DNA of 49,899 nucleotides, filler included, from Circinaria calcarea (taxonomy: Eukaryota), in NCBI GenBank assembly GCA_051942165.1. It is 2 parts of 2 records of this genome, joined end to end, with 100 filler letters (N's around TTAATTAATTAA, not from the genome) between each part and the next. Parts side by side here need not be neighbours in the genome. Positions count along the whole stretch, not along the records: positions 25,022 to 49,899 come from JAVECS010000101.1; 1 more part is not named here. One strand, 5' to 3'. The translations under genes were made by a program, and so were the position numbers. The notes beneath the pieces were generated by a model. The model saw nothing but the letters and a program-made list of their open reading frames with translations, searched no databases and was not told where the DNA came from. This document shows positions 48,613-49,899 of the stretch, piece by piece. Each line of letters starts with the position of its first letter. Positions within the stretch are counted from its first letter, which is position 1.

Positions 48613-49104
48613 TGCAGGTGAATAATAGCAATATTGAATGAAATAATGTAGAATATAGGTCTGTTATGGTGAAGTAATCTTAGAGTATAGGAATTGGAGT
48701 AAATGCTCAAGTTACTAGTTAGATTAAATACATTGGGAATTAAAATGATCCCTAAGAGAGGAAGGCATCTCCGTTTTGAACACCCTCTCTCTCCCCGTAA
48801 TAAAGACTATTCGCAACGCTAAGGTGCACTGACTAACAAGATGGTGACTGCAGCAGACATGTTGGATATGTCGAATGGAAATCGTTAGCTGCTGCGATTA
48901 AGTGCTAATTGGTGCCCGGATTTCGCTTACCTTAGCTTACCAGTATCCTTACCCGCTCTTCGATCGCGGTTCGGGTTCTTAATCCAGCTAGCTTAAATCC
49001 TACCCGCTATGGGATATCATCTGAACTGTTGGGAACTACGTGATATAGCATAAGTATCTTGGTGGTCCACTTGGTGTTGTTACGCAGCTCGTATCTTTTG
49101 AGTC

Positions 49105-49899
49105 ATGAAGCCATTACCCAGTGGCATACCAATCAGACCATATGTTTGCACATCATGTGCAAAATCACTACGTTTGCGAAGAAGGAGGACCTTTGCAACA
49201 GATACTCCAAAGCACCCGGAAATTTACGATGTCGTGTGTGTCGGTGGAGGACCAGCAGGTTTAAGCTTGCTGACAGCTTTGCGTACGCCGGGCTCTTCGC
49301 ACTCACGATGGAATCAGAGGTACTAATAATGCTAATGTAGGAGCATCTCCTATAACGTCGTCTCTAAAGCTTGCCCTAATTGAATCCCAAGACTTGAACC
49401 CTTCCCGCGAATGGGATCCGCCATCAGACCAATATTCCAATCGTGCCAGTTCCTTAACCCCCGCTTCCCAATCTTTCCTCTCTAATATCGGTGCATGGCA
49501 ACACATTGATCACTTACGCACCCAACCCTACCACCAGATGCAAGTTTGGGATGGCATAACCTCATCCCGAGTTCTATTTGACTGGTCTTCCACCCCATCC
49601 GAGACGGTCCCCTCTGCAACTAAAACAATCGCCACAATGACGGAGAACTCAAATCTCACCCGCAGCCTACTCAAGCGGCTATCGACCCTTCCCCCTATTA
49701 CCATCTTCTCTCCTACAAAGCTAAGCTCCATCACTCACGGGTCTCCTCCTACTCCCCCCACATCCCTAAATCTCTCCTCATATCCCCATCTTACAATTTC
49801 CTCTCAGTCGTCACCTGTCATCGCCCGTCTCCTGGTTGGCGCAGATGGGCTCAATAGCCCTGTGCGAGCTTTTGCAGGGATTACTTCGCGTGGCTGGGA
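49105..49899 (+). CDS. COQ6: Ubiquinone biosynthesis monooxygenase COQ6 (partial; runs off the window end)
   Basis: Mitochondrial presequence; PEIYDVVCVGGGPAGLSLLTAL; after an intron SNRASSLTP, QPYHQMQVWDG, IATMTENSNL, ARLLVGADGLNSPVR.FAGI.S.GW. Confidence 0.93.

Noticed and set aside
26113..48900. Starship or other transposon as the carrier of the island
   Set aside because: No DUF3435 tyrosine recombinase, transposase, LTR or terminal inverted repeat was detected.
49105..49899. COQ6 (a prenyl-aromatic hydroxylase) as a cluster member
   Set aside because: It looks like the ordinary mitochondrial housekeeping ortholog; nothing beyond proximity supports a link.
1..49899. CRISPR arrays, tRNA or rRNA genes
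   Set aside because: None seen by eye; the sequence is eukaryotic and has no regularly spaced repeats. Intron-containing tRNAs could be missed without tRNAscan-SE.

Overview
Intron-rich eukaryotic DNA from a filamentous ascomycete (Pezizomycotina-like gene content and CTRAC branch points; species not determinable). The window is two contigs joined by an artificial 100-nt linker (44 N + TTAATTAATTAA + 44 N, 24922-25021), so adjacency across it is unproven. The left contig holds ordinary genes: a secreted Cys-rich protein, cytochrome c peroxidase, an F-box protein with two apparent GC-AG introns, an ACS-family MFS transporter, an 886-aa orphan with a 4x repeated W-rich motif, a GPI cell-wall protein, a single-TM protein and a 5'-truncated YOR1/ABCC transporter. 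In the right contig, a ~22.5-kb accessory block lies between two housekeeping genes (a UBE2W-like E2 and COQ6). It contains a DMATS-prenyltransferase cluster with no NRPS or PKS backbone: PTH11-like membrane protein, CYP52-like P450, BVMO, LaeA-like methyltransferase, DMATS, enoyl-CoA hydratase, GGCT and an EthD pseudogene. The cluster is bracketed by three diverged copies of an unannotated head-to-head module: an intact + strand gene (same intron position in all three, motif order reminiscent of a PemK/MazF-like fold) and a decayed - strand partner. All calls come from manual motif recognition; no database searches were run.
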